NCBI GenBank assembly: GCA_034440455.1
Contig: JAWXCB010000008.1
Location: 66,442 to 130,441, forward strand
Reading direction: 5' to 3'
DNA length: 64,000 bases
Source: Chitinophagales bacterium
GTDB taxonomy: Bacteria; Bacteroidota; Bacteroidia; Chitinophagales; CAIOSU01
Of the stretch, positions 7,676 through 17,212 are shown piece after piece (the first letter of the stretch is position 1; every line of letters starts with the position of its first letter). Under the pieces are notes generated by a model. That model did not search any database. It worked only from the letters and a program-made list of their open reading frames with translations, and had not been told where the DNA came from. Position numbers and translations under genes: made by a program.

Positions 7676-8659
7676 TTACTGATAACATTCTTTCAAAGCC
7701 AATGCTAACTGATAAGCTAAAAGCGGTGGAACTGCATTTCCTATTTGATTAAATCGTTGTGTTTCGTTTCCTGTAAACTCAAACCAATCGGGGAAACTTT
7801 GCAGTCGTGCAGCTTCGCTGTGAAATAATCTTCTGCGTCTGCCATCTGAAAGTCGCACTCGTTGCATATCGCCTGTTGCACCTGCAAGATTTCTACAAGT
7901 TAATGTTCGTGCAGGTTTAGTAGGGTAAAGGTCTCTGGGGTTGATACAGAAAGATGCTTTCTCATACTTCGCAACATAAGTGTCCATTGAAGCATTCAAA
8001 AATTTGCTGCCTTCGGGTGCTGTTAACATGGTATCGCCAATGGCTTCGCCAACTGTTACTTTTTTATGATGTGGTTTCGGGAAATTAAATTTTGCTCTGT
8101 GTCCGAAAACAAAAAGTCGTTCTCTGTTTTGCGGCACTCCAAAATTTACTGCGTTCAAAAGTTTGTAGTCAATAATGTATCCTAACTTTTGAAGTTCTTT
8201 AATCACCAAATCAAAATACCATTTGTTTGAGTAGAGAAGTCCACGAACATTTTCAAACATGAAAACTTTCGGCTGCAGTTTTTTTACTGCATCAATAAAA
8301 ATCGGAAAGCCATCCCGTGCATCTTCAATTCCTTTTTGATGTCCGCCAACGCTGAACGGCTGACAAGGTGGTCCTCCAATAATTATTTCAGCTTCGGGAT
8401 ATTCAAAGTCAAGGTTAAGTTTTACAGCAAAGCAGTTACCGTTTAAATTCTTATCATAAGTTGCAGTAGCTGCCGTATCCATTTCGTAGCCGATTGTCTT
8501 GTAACCAGCCGCCTCAAAACCCAATGACAAACCACCACAACCTGCAAACAAGTCTAACACTATTTCTTTCTCGGTTGTCCTTGGTTTTAGAGTAGACTTT
8601 ACATAGTCAATGTAGCTTGTCATCAAATTTTTTGTTGTTTCAAATTTAAGCAAGAGCAC
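7676..8659 (-). CDS. DNA (cytosine-5)-methyltransferase
   Basis: Motifs I (FAGCGGLSLGF), IV (GGPPCQPFS), VI (ENV), VIII (QNRERLF) and X (GNAVPP). The likely true start is the ATG at 8623, because a TAAATTTG -7 box lies at 8641-8648. Confidence 0.9.
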   Translation of the reverse strand: MLLLKFETTKNLMTSYIDYVKSTLKPRTTEKEIVLDLFAGCGGLSLGFEAAGYKTIGYEMDTAATATYDKNLNGNCFAVKLNLDFEYPEAEIIIGGPPCQPFSVGGHQKGIEDARDGFPIFIDAVKKLQPKVFMFENVRGLLYSNKWYFDLVIKELQKLGYIIDYKLLNAVNFGVPQNRERLFVFGHRAKFNFPKPHHKKVTVGEAIGDTMLTAPEGSKFLNASMDTYVAKYEKASFCINPRDLYPTKPARTLTCRNLAGATGDMQRVRLSDGRRRRLFHSEAARLQSFPDWFEFTGNETQRFNQIGNAVPPLLAYQLALALKECYQ

Positions 8660-9054
8660 CTACAAGAGATGACATCAATCTCCATCCTTTTTTCTTTTCA
8701 CTATCCAAATTCCCAATCCTCAACCTTATCTATTAATCTTCACCCGCTAAATCTCCTTTCTCACCTGCTTTTTCTCAAACAGTAAATGCTTTAAAGAAAA
8801 ACTCACACGCTGCATTTGGAGAAGCACCTGCAAAAAAGAATGCAGCAGGTGAAAAAGAAAATGTAGCGATTGCTTTTGAAGAAATAGCAACTGCTATTTC
8901 AAGTGTGGCAAGCAGTTTTCCGGATAGAGCATCTGCAAAAAATAAATCAGCATCTGCGGCATTTAAAAAAGCAACCGAAATCTATTTAAAAGCAGGCGAA
9001 ACTTTTGCTTCAGTAATGCGTATTATCAAATCATAACCACCTAAACGCAACTCT

Positions 9055-9684
9055 ATGGCAAAAGTAAAACTCGGACTACGCAACCTGAGCGCAAGTGAAA
9101 CAATTATCAAAGGCACGAGCATCCTGTATCAGATGCAAGGCAATCCAAATTTCCCACCTGAAACTACCCCACCCCTTTCAGAGATAGCCGCACAATTGGC
9201 AGAGTTGCGCACAACCACTGCTAATGCAATGAATCATGACAAGGTGATGATAACACGCAGAAACCAAAAGCACGAAGAATTTTTGGTGTTGCTGAGGAAA
9301 TTGGGAGGATGGGTTTCCATGCAAACGGATAATATAGTGGTTATTCAATCTTCAGGTTTTGATGTGATTGAAAAGAAACACGCATCCCCGGAGATGACGC
9401 AGCCCGAACGTGCGCGTAGCATTTCCAATGCGGGTGCTGCTCAACTGAAAATCATGTGGCGACCTGTGCAGGGCGCAACGCAATACGTAGTGGAAACAAC
9501 CACAGAAAAAGAGCCTTATAGAGCAGAAGTGAAATGGAATGTATGCGGTTATTCATCACAAGCAAAACTTACCATTGATAGCAGTGAACTGAAACCCCTC
9601 ACTCCGTATTATTTCCGTGTTCGAGCCTTGGGCACATCAGGTATCGGACCTCCAAGCGACATTGTAAGAGGCCTATTTTTTTAA
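9055..9684 (+). CDS. hypothetical protein with a C-terminal fibronectin-type-III-like domain
   Basis: 209-aa ORF with FN3-like C-terminal half (LKIMWRPVQGATQYVVE ... YYFRVRALG). Paralog of the interrupted gene at 29238-29861. Confidence 0.6.
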   Translation: MAKVKLGLRNLSASETIIKGTSILYQMQGNPNFPPETTPPLSEIAAQLAELRTTTANAMNHDKVMITRRNQKHEEFLVLLRKLGGWVSMQTDNIVVIQSSGFDVIEKKHASPEMTQPERARSISNAGAAQLKIMWRPVQGATQYVVETTTEKEPYRAEVKWNVCGYSSQAKLTIDSSELKPLTPYYFRVRALGTSGIGPPSDIVRGLFF

Positions 9685-9784
9685 TTGAGGTAGCGTACTT
9701 TCGGTACGTTCTTCTATAAGCACTCTTTCAAGAGGGGAAACAAGATTTTTTGAAATCCTTCGTTTCTTTCCTTATATTTAGGTT

Positions 9785-10585
9785 ATGAAAAATGTCCTTT
9801 CATTATCACTCGTTGCGCTACTCGTGTTGTGCGCTTCTTTTGTTTTGCAGACAACGAAAAAATTCACGCCACCCGGCACCGTGTCCGTCAACGACTCGCT
9901 CTATTTTGATGAAACTGAAATCTCCAACCTGCAATGGAGGGAATATGAAGATTGGGTAAAGCAGAAATTTGGCGCGTCCTCTCCAGAACATGCAAAAGCA
10001 ATTCCAGATACTTTAGTTTGGCGAGTAGCTCTTTCAGAAGATTACTACGAGGAGCAATACTATAATCCGAAATTCAAGGACCACCCCGTAGTTGGAATAA
10101 GCCATGAGCAGGCGGGTGCATACTGCAAATGGAGAACAGCAAGAGTGCGGCAAGTGATGGAAACAGATGCAAAAGGGAAAGAGGTTTTGCCAAAATCAAT
10201 CAACTACCGCCTGCCTTCAAAAGCCGAGTGGGAGGAAGTTGCGAGAGCGGACTTTAGTGAAAAAACGAAACAGCAATTAAGCAAAAAGAAATGGCAGGGA
10301 GCACAGCTATACAATGCTGTGCGCTATGATTCCACATACATCGGCACAGGCAAAGTAAATCCAAAAGCTACCATCACCGCCCCTGTTTATATGTATTTGC
10401 CAAATAAACTCGGCATCCATAACCTGTTCGGCAACGTGGGTGAAATGATTTCTGAGGAAGGAGTTTACAAAGGCGGTGGCTGGGCGGATAAGATGGATGA
10501 ATTGAAAGCGGAGAAAGACTATTCTTATGAGAAGCCAACCGCCACTGTCGGCTTCCGGTGCGCGTGCGAGGTGAAGTGGAAGTGA
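9785..10585 (+). CDS. SUMF1/formylglycine-generating-enzyme-family domain protein (secreted or lipoprotein)
   Basis: 266-aa ORF with a signal peptide and FGE-sulfatase-type motifs (GISHEQAGAYCKWR, NLFGNVGEM, GGGWAD, VGFRCA). Confidence 0.7.
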   Translation: MKNVLSLSLVALLVLCASFVLQTTKKFTPPGTVSVNDSLYFDETEISNLQWREYEDWVKQKFGASSPEHAKAIPDTLVWRVALSEDYYEEQYYNPKFKDHPVVGISHEQAGAYCKWRTARVRQVMETDAKGKEVLPKSINYRLPSKAEWEEVARADFSEKTKQQLSKKKWQGAQLYNAVRYDSTYIGTGKVNPKATITAPVYMYLPNKLGIHNLFGNVGEMISEEGVYKGGGWADKMDELKAEKDYSYEKPTATVGFRCACEVKWK

Positions 10586-10705
10586 AAAATTCCCGTTTCC
10601 TGGAATAAGTACGCGCCAAAAACCGCTCAAATAATCCTTCTGTGTGCTATGAGAACTCTCCCCTGTTCTCTATATTTACTATCCTAAAAATTACCCTGCA
10701 CAGTG

Positions 10706-11092
10706 ATGAACAAAGAATATTACGCATTCTTTTTCTTTTCTCTTCTTCTGTGGACTGCATGCTCGGAAGATGAAGGAAACTCAACAGGCTGCGCAAAAGG
10801 TGATTTTATTGGCGTGTGGAATATGAATGAGCAGTGTAATGGCGCTGATTTTCAAAATCCACTCACGATAACGGAATTGGCTTCGGGTATTCGCATTTCA
10901 AATCTTGGTGGTGGCGGAGCAAACGCGGCAGTGGATGCTTCGATAGATGGTTCATCTTTTACAATTGCGCCACAATCTGTGCAAGGCTATACGATTAGCG
11001 GCAACGGCTCTCTGAATGCGGGTTGCGCGCAACTCACGCTCAGTTGGCAGGGAGGACCCAATGGCAGCTGCGCGGGAACGGGTACGAAATAA
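10706..11092 (+). CDS. hypothetical lipoprotein
   Basis: Signal peptide ending in a lipobox-like LWTAC, Gly-rich mature part. No family recognised. Confidence 0.45.
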   Translation: MNKEYYAFFFFSLLLWTACSEDEGNSTGCAKGDFIGVWNMNEQCNGADFQNPLTITELASGIRISNLGGGGANAAVDASIDGSSFTIAPQSVQGYTISGNGSLNAGCAQLTLSWQGGPNGSCAGTGTK

Positions 11093-11153
11093 ATTTTCCA
11101 TATCCAAATGGCAAATAACAAAACTCAAAAAGCCAGCATTCCGCTTGTTGTTT

Positions 11154-11181
11154 GTGATTTGAAATTTGAGAATTGAGAATT
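11154..11181 (+). repeat. degenerate heptamer micro-array (GTGATTT GAAATTT GAGAATT GAGAATT)
   Basis: Four consecutive 7-nt units read directly, 32 nt upstream of the GTG start at 11213. Confidence 0.6.
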
Positions 11182-11212
11182 TTGATATTGGTTATTTAAA
11201 CAACTTCAGTTC

Positions 11213-14200
11213 GTGCAACTACTGAAGCAACTCATATTGCCCTCTCTCTTGCTCTGTGCTTACTACGGACATTCCCAATGTGTGCCCGTGCAGCCGCAGA
11301 ACCTACAGGTGAGCGTAAATAATTTCACAGGCAACGTAACGGTAGAATGGCGCGTGCCGTGCCCTTCATCCTGCAACAACAGCGCAAACACTTCGGTGCT
11401 TTATTTCATTGGTTTCTATTCGCAGCAATCAGCCGCCCCCAATGCGCTTGATGGCGAATATGGCTTCACTACGTTTGTCGCGGTGGGTTGTCCTTATACT
11501 GAATTGTGGGACGGCTTCTATCGAGACTCCACTTCCACCGCAGAGCCGAAAGAATCAGAGTGCATTTCTATTTTGATGGGGCAGGAGGTGAACCCGTTCA
11601 GCCCGGGCTTTGAAGCATCGTTCAGCAAGCAGGAAATCTGCAACAACAATTATGGCTATGGCGCGGGCATCATGCGGCAAAGCTTTCCGGGCTATGTGTT
11701 TTGCAGCGGTGTCACCTATGATGTGAAAGTATGGGAAATCGAAGTGAATGTGCCTCCTAATGGCAGCGTGACTTCGCAATCAATAGCGTGCAATGATTTG
11801 TATCTTGATGAATCTGCGCCTGTGGTGCAGACATCTGCGTTCACATATCCCGGTTTTATTTCCACGATTGCTTCGCCCGTCATCACCATCAGCAGTTCTG
11901 AAAGCAGCGATGGCGTTTACTCAGGGGTGGATAACAGGATTATCATTGATTGCACCGACACGTTTTCATTTGAGTATAATGTAACGCCCGGTTGCAACTT
12001 CACCGAGTCGGTTGCTGCGTATTTTAATATCAGCCAGACTTATACTTATGCCACCGGCATTTACAATCCGTGGGATTGGGGACTGGGCGTGGATGATTGG
12101 TATATCTTTTTTGCAAACAATATTGTGAACGGAAGCACTGGGCAACCTGTGCCTTACATCGGCACGAATTATTTTCAGTCGTTTACCGTGAGCGATGATA
12201 TGGAAGTGTGCATCCTCACGCAAGACCCTTGCAATGGCAGTTCGGGAAAAACGTGTATCCAGTTTGAGGCAGTTGATTTGGATACGGTGATAGCAGACTT
12301 CGGCTACAATATCGTGTGGTCAAATCAATGCGATTCGTTTGAAGTGGAATTTATCAATAACACCACTGGTGCAATTACTTACTATTGGGATTTTGGTGAT
12401 GGAGGTTTTTCAACCGATACAAACCTTACGCATCTGTTTGTAGGTGGTGGTCCATTTGAAGTTGAGCTTGCTGCAATCCATACAGGCTGGTGCGGCAACA
12501 ACGACACGGTGACGCAAACATTAAGTTTCTCCCCGGTGATTGACACCGCGCAGGCAGTAATCAGCTACACTTCCACTTACTCGACATCGTGTGATTCGCT
12601 TGTTGCGCAATTCACTACCCAAACCATCAGCAACGGAAGTTTGCTGTGGGATTTCGGCAACGGAACAACATCTACCGCGCTGAATCCCACCGTGATTTAC
12701 ACGCAGCCGGGGACATACGATGTGTCACTTGTGGTGATTCCTACAAGCGTTTGTTTGCTGCCGGATACATTTCATGAAACGGTTACTTTCAATCCAATTA
12801 CAAATAATGCTGTTGCTGACTTCAGCTACAATTTGATTTGGTCGAATGATTGTGATTCATTCATGGTAGAGTTCACGAACCTCTCTACGGGCACATCCGA
12901 TTATTATTGGGAATTTGGCGACAACACGTTTTCATCGGATACGAATCTCACGCATGTATTCACTTCGGGAGGACCATTCACAGTTGTATTAACTGCTTAT
13001 TATGGCGGCACCTGCGGCATCAATGATTCTACTGTTCAAACGCTCAACTTCACTCCCCTGATTGATAAGTTGGAAGCAGCTTTCAGTTACACTTCTGCGT
13101 ATTCACCAAATTGCGATTCCTTGCTCGTGCAATTCACAGGCAGCAGTTCAGGCGCGGCAACCTACCTGTGGGATTTCGGAAATGGCACAACTGTTTCAAC
13201 TCCAAATGGAAGCGCGGTGTATTTCATTCCGGGCGACTACAATGTTTCGCTCATCATCACTCCAACTGCAAACTGCACGATAGGTGATACTGCTGCACAA
13301 CTCGTGAACTTCACTCCGCTTGCTTATAACTCTATTGCAGATTTCACTTACAACATTCTTTCTTCCAATGCCTGCGATACGTTTGTTGTTGAATTCACCA
13401 ACCACAGCACAGGTGGCACTTCCTACTTCTGGGATTTTGGAAACGGAACAACTTCAACCGACACAAATGCGATTATCACTTATGCGGCAGGAACTTACGA
13501 TGTACAGCTTCAGGTGAATGATAGCAGAAGTTGTTCATCAAACGACACAACAATGCAACAACTTCTATTCACGCCTGTGTTCGACACGCTGCTTGCTGAT
13601 TTTGATTACACAATTGTTCCAAACTGTGATGTGGTTGAACTGACATTCACCAACCTCAGTACAGGCATCAATCAATTTTTGTGGCAGGTAAATAATGCAA
13701 TCGTCAGCAATGAATTTTCACCCAACAGCACGTTACTTTATTCCGATGCAGATACGCTGAGTGTGTCGCTCACCGCCCGCGCGACAAACAACTGCATCAC
13801 CGGAGATACTGCATCAAAAATCATCTCGTTACCCGCGCCTTATGGTTATCCTGTTGCTGATTTCACATTCACTCCGACAGAACCTGATGAAGATGAAGTA
13901 GTAAGGTTCACCGATGCTTCGCTGCGAGCGCATCCTGATTCTTATTGGTGGGATTTTAGGGATGGCGCTTCTTCCTCTGAAAAAAATCCTCAGCATATTT
14001 ACTCCGAGTTGGGCGCATACACCATTTGTCTCTCCGTGGCGAATGAATACAGTTGCCCCGATTCGGCTTGCAAGCAATTGCTGATTGTGTCAGATGATTT
14101 GGTGGATTTGCCCACAGCTTTTACTCCGAATGGAGATGACCACAATGATATTTTCATCGTGCGCGGAAAAGATATTGAAAAGATTGATTTGAAGATTTTC

Positions 14201-14368
14201 AACCGCGGGGGAGAATTAGTTTTTCAGAGCAAAAACCCGTATTTTGGGTGGGATGGCACTTACAAAGGCGAGCCGCAGGAAATGGAAGTGTATGACTGGC
14301 TGCTGAATGCAACACTAAAGTCAGGCACGGGAGTTTTTAAGAAAGGAAATGTGACGTTGCTGAGATGA
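11213..14368 (+). CDS. large secreted multi-PKD-domain protein with a T9SS type-B sorting domain (gliding-motility-associated C-terminal domain)
   Basis: 1051 aa with a signal peptide and about seven PKD-like repeats (ADFSY..W....C....V.F.N.S.G...Y.WDFGDG). The C-terminus LPTAFTPNGDDHNDIF ... GNVTLLR is typical of type-B CTDs. Confidence 0.85.
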   Translation: MQLLKQLILPSLLLCAYYGHSQCVPVQPQNLQVSVNNFTGNVTVEWRVPCPSSCNNSANTSVLYFIGFYSQQSAAPNALDGEYGFTTFVAVGCPYTELWDGFYRDSTSTAEPKESECISILMGQEVNPFSPGFEASFSKQEICNNNYGYGAGIMRQSFPGYVFCSGVTYDVKVWEIEVNVPPNGSVTSQSIACNDLYLDESAPVVQTSAFTYPGFISTIASPVITISSSESSDGVYSGVDNRIIIDCTDTFSFEYNVTPGCNFTESVAAYFNISQTYTYATGIYNPWDWGLGVDDWYIFFANNIVNGSTGQPVPYIGTNYFQSFTVSDDMEVCILTQDPCNGSSGKTCIQFEAVDLDTVIADFGYNIVWSNQCDSFEVEFINNTTGAITYYWDFGDGGFSTDTNLTHLFVGGGPFEVELAAIHTGWCGNNDTVTQTLSFSPVIDTAQAVISYTSTYSTSCDSLVAQFTTQTISNGSLLWDFGNGTTSTALNPTVIYTQPGTYDVSLVVIPTSVCLLPDTFHETVTFNPITNNAVADFSYNLIWSNDCDSFMVEFTNLSTGTSDYYWEFGDNTFSSDTNLTHVFTSGGPFTVVLTAYYGGTCGINDSTVQTLNFTPLIDKLEAAFSYTSAYSPNCDSLLVQFTGSSSGAATYLWDFGNGTTVSTPNGSAVYFIPGDYNVSLIITPTANCTIGDTAAQLVNFTPLAYNSIADFTYNILSSNACDTFVVEFTNHSTGGTSYFWDFGNGTTSTDTNAIITYAAGTYDVQLQVNDSRSCSSNDTTMQQLLFTPVFDTLLADFDYTIVPNCDVVELTFTNLSTGINQFLWQVNNAIVSNEFSPNSTLLYSDADTLSVSLTARATNNCITGDTASKIISLPAPYGYPVADFTFTPTEPDEDEVVRFTDASLRAHPDSYWWDFRDGASSSEKNPQHIYSELGAYTICLSVANEYSCPDSACKQLLIVSDDLVDLPTAFTPNGDDHNDIFIVRGKDIEKIDLKIFNRGGELVFQSKNPYFGWDGTYKGEPQEMEVYDWLLNATLKSGTGVFKKGNVTLLR

Positions 14369-14492
14369 AATAAAATGAAAAAAGCGGCAAGTTTTTTATG
14401 AAAGGCGGAATTAGAGTTGTAGGGGAACGGTGGTTTTACCAAATTGATATAAATGCGAACGTGAGTATAAAGCCGGAACGGATTGCACTCAA

Positions 14493-17171
14493 ATGAAAAA
14501 TACATTTAACCCGGTTTTTGTTTTCGCACTCGCAGGATTGCTTTTCTTTGCGAAAAATATTGCCGCCCAGACTGAAACCATTCCTGCCGGCTCATTCATC
14601 GTTGACATGGGCGTGGTTCCGCAAACCATTGGCAACGGATTGAAGCCTTATGGTTTGGTTTATTCTTTAATCGAGAACTATAATGTTCCCGTTAGATGGG
14701 CGATTAATCCCAACAAAAATTTTGGCGGAGTTGATTTCAGTTACAACGGTTATGATTTCAGGGGCGGTCCGTTTATTATCACAACTCCTTCCCGCACGGC
14801 AGTGGTAAACAGCGAAATAGCAGCATGGCAGGCACAAGGTGTGGCGGGCATCACAACTACAGCGGATCTCACAGTCCCCATTTACCGGACGCTCACAGAA
14901 TTTACAAATGTCGTGATTGACCAGCAGAATGAGGCGCTGGTGATTCCTTATTACAACAATGCCGGAATATCAAGTTCCTCCTACCGTATTGGCTCGCCTG
15001 CCGATTTGAATTATTGCGATGACATGTACGCCATGCCTCATGCCGACCCTGAATGGACAACGCACCAAAACTTGCTGTACTTCAACACCAATCTCAACGG
15101 ATTCATCTGGGCAGGTTGCCATGCAGTGAGCATGTTGGAAGCATTGATAAATCCTGCCGATTCATCGCAACGGACAAATTTTCTCACGCAAAGCGGTATG
15201 CAATGCTGGAAAATAAATAGCTGCGAACCACCTATCACCGAGTTTCATGCGCAACAGCCAACCTTGCCGTATCTCTATGATTCTTCAACAGGAGGCTTGC
15301 CCGTGATGCAATTTATGGAAGATATGACTCCCTCCACTGAAAATGGCTCCGAGCCATGGTATATTCCATTAAACACAGGCACATGGAATCCGGGAGCAAT
15401 CCGTTGCGTCAAAACTTCTGATGGAGCATCTCCCCGTGAGGGCGTGAAACTCGTGTATGGACGCGGCTTTGATAATCCGTCAAACGGAATGGTGATGTAT
15501 GAAGGCGGACACACAGGGCACAACAACGGCAGCATTCAATCGCAGGTAGCTTTTCAAAGAGCTTATTTCAACTTCGTGCTGATGGCGGGACTTGAACGGC
15601 ATATTGACACTGTGACTGCGGACTTCAGCTATAGCATTATCTGGACAAACAACTGCGATTCGTTCATGGTGCAATTCGTGAACAACTCAACAGGGGATGC
15701 CGATTACTATTGGGATTTTGGTGATGGCGCTACTTCAACGGATTCTGCGGTGACGCATCTTTTTATCGGAAACGATTCTGTGGAAGTGATGCTCGCTACA
15801 GTGACAACGAGTTGGTGCGGATTAAGCGATACCACCTATCAGCCTATCCATTTTAACCCGGTGCTTGACACGCTCGATTTTGATTTTATTTTTTCAGAAA
15901 GCCTCGCTGCGGATTGCGATTCACTGCTGGCGCAATTCAACACTTCAATAAGCGGCAATGCAACTGCGTCTTGGGATTTTGGAAACGGAATGACTGCGAC
16001 CGGCACTTCCGTTTCCTTTGCTTATACGGACACGGGCATTTACAATGTGACGCTCACTGTTACGCCTGCATCACCCTGCACTATTGGGCGCAGCATTTCA
16101 AGGCAGGTTACTTTTAGTCCGACACGCTATGCTACCATCGCTGACTTTACGCACAATGTGATTTATTCTAATACTTGCGATACGTTTGTAGTCAAGTTCA
16201 ACAATCTCAGTTCTGGCGGCACTTCTTACCTCTGGGATTTTGGCAACGGAAGCGCGTCAGCAAATTTTGAAGAAACAATCACGTACGCAGCCGGAAATTA
16301 CAACGTGTCTTTACAAGTGAATGACAGCCATCAATGCTCAACGAATGACACCGCCTTCCTGTCCCTTGTCTTCACTTCGACCATTGTGAATCCACTTGCC
16401 GATTTCACTTACGATGTTGCTACGAATTGCGATGTATCAGAAGTGAATTTTTCCAATCGCAGTTCGGGCACGAGTAATTTCATCTGGCGGCTGAATAACA
16501 ATGTCAGCAGCAGTTTGCTTTCGCCTGATGGTCCTTTGCAATATTATCAATCGGATACAATCAATGTTGAACTCTCTACAGCGGGAACAAACAATTGCTA
16601 TTCGAATGATACCATTTCAAAAACTATCTTCATTCCTGCACCATATGGCTATCCGGTAGCTGATTTTAATTTTATGCCTGTGAATCCTGAAGTGGATGAG
16701 GTGATACAGTTTACCAATTTATCGCAACGCGCTGACCTTTCTTTATATCAGTGGAATTTTGGCGATGGAAGTACTACAGCCGAAATCAATCCGCAACATG
16801 CTTACACGCAAAAGGGTGTGTATGACATCTGTCTCTCTGCTGACAACGGTTATAACTGTCCGTCTATTGCCTGCAAGGATATTCCAGTGATTTATACCGA
16901 AGTAGTTGAACTGCCCACAGCATTCACTCCCAATGGCGATAATCACAACGATATTTTCATCGTCCGCGGAAAAGACATCGAAAGAATTGATTTAAAAATT
17001 TTTAACCGATGGGGCGAGTTGGTGTTTCAAAGTAAAGACCTTACTGTAGGCTGGGATGGCACCTTCAAAGAAGATCCGCAGGAAATGGAAGTATATGATT
17101 GGCTGCTGAATGCAACACTGAAATCAGGCGCAGGAATTTTTAAGAAAGGAAATGTGACGTTACTGAGATAA
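14493..17171 (+). CDS. large secreted multi-PKD-domain protein with a T9SS type-B sorting domain (paralog of 11213-14368)
   Basis: 892 aa with a signal peptide, an unassigned N-terminal domain of about 370 aa, PKD repeats, and a CTD nearly identical to the upstream paralog. Confidence 0.85.
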   Translation: MKNTFNPVFVFALAGLLFFAKNIAAQTETIPAGSFIVDMGVVPQTIGNGLKPYGLVYSLIENYNVPVRWAINPNKNFGGVDFSYNGYDFRGGPFIITTPSRTAVVNSEIAAWQAQGVAGITTTADLTVPIYRTLTEFTNVVIDQQNEALVIPYYNNAGISSSSYRIGSPADLNYCDDMYAMPHADPEWTTHQNLLYFNTNLNGFIWAGCHAVSMLEALINPADSSQRTNFLTQSGMQCWKINSCEPPITEFHAQQPTLPYLYDSSTGGLPVMQFMEDMTPSTENGSEPWYIPLNTGTWNPGAIRCVKTSDGASPREGVKLVYGRGFDNPSNGMVMYEGGHTGHNNGSIQSQVAFQRAYFNFVLMAGLERHIDTVTADFSYSIIWTNNCDSFMVQFVNNSTGDADYYWDFGDGATSTDSAVTHLFIGNDSVEVMLATVTTSWCGLSDTTYQPIHFNPVLDTLDFDFIFSESLAADCDSLLAQFNTSISGNATASWDFGNGMTATGTSVSFAYTDTGIYNVTLTVTPASPCTIGRSISRQVTFSPTRYATIADFTHNVIYSNTCDTFVVKFNNLSSGGTSYLWDFGNGSASANFEETITYAAGNYNVSLQVNDSHQCSTNDTAFLSLVFTSTIVNPLADFTYDVATNCDVSEVNFSNRSSGTSNFIWRLNNNVSSSLLSPDGPLQYYQSDTINVELSTAGTNNCYSNDTISKTIFIPAPYGYPVADFNFMPVNPEVDEVIQFTNLSQRADLSLYQWNFGDGSTTAEINPQHAYTQKGVYDICLSADNGYNCPSIACKDIPVIYTEVVELPTAFTPNGDNHNDIFIVRGKDIERIDLKIFNRWGELVFQSKDLTVGWDGTFKEDPQEMEVYDWLLNATLKSGAGIFKKGNVTLLR

Positions 17172-17212
17172 TTACGAATTAGGAATTAGGAATGACGAAT
17201 TACGAATTGCAT
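17171..17212 (+). repeat. heptamer micro-array (ATTACGA ATTAGGA ATTAGGA ATGACGA ATTACGA ATTGCAT)
   Basis: Six consecutive 7-nt units. The annotated ATG of the PorP/SprF gene (17192) is part of unit 4. Confidence 0.75.

Noticed and set aside
2879-8760. Integrative mobile element or prophage remnant carrying the R-M genes
   Set aside because: No integrase, transposase or relaxase, no tRNA target, and no flanking direct repeats could be found by eye. It is reported only as a compositional islet.
9785-10585. Diversity-generating retroelement target (FGE/C-type-lectin-fold variable protein)
   Set aside because: The window has no reverse transcriptase. No nearby template repeat resembles the 3' end of the gene. 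The downstream gap is only 117 bp.
17171-17212. CRISPR array or minisatellite-type locus (also considered for 56068-56116 and 35923-35964)
   Set aside because: The units are 7-8 nt with no spacers, the arrays span only 28-49 nt in total, and no cas genes are present.
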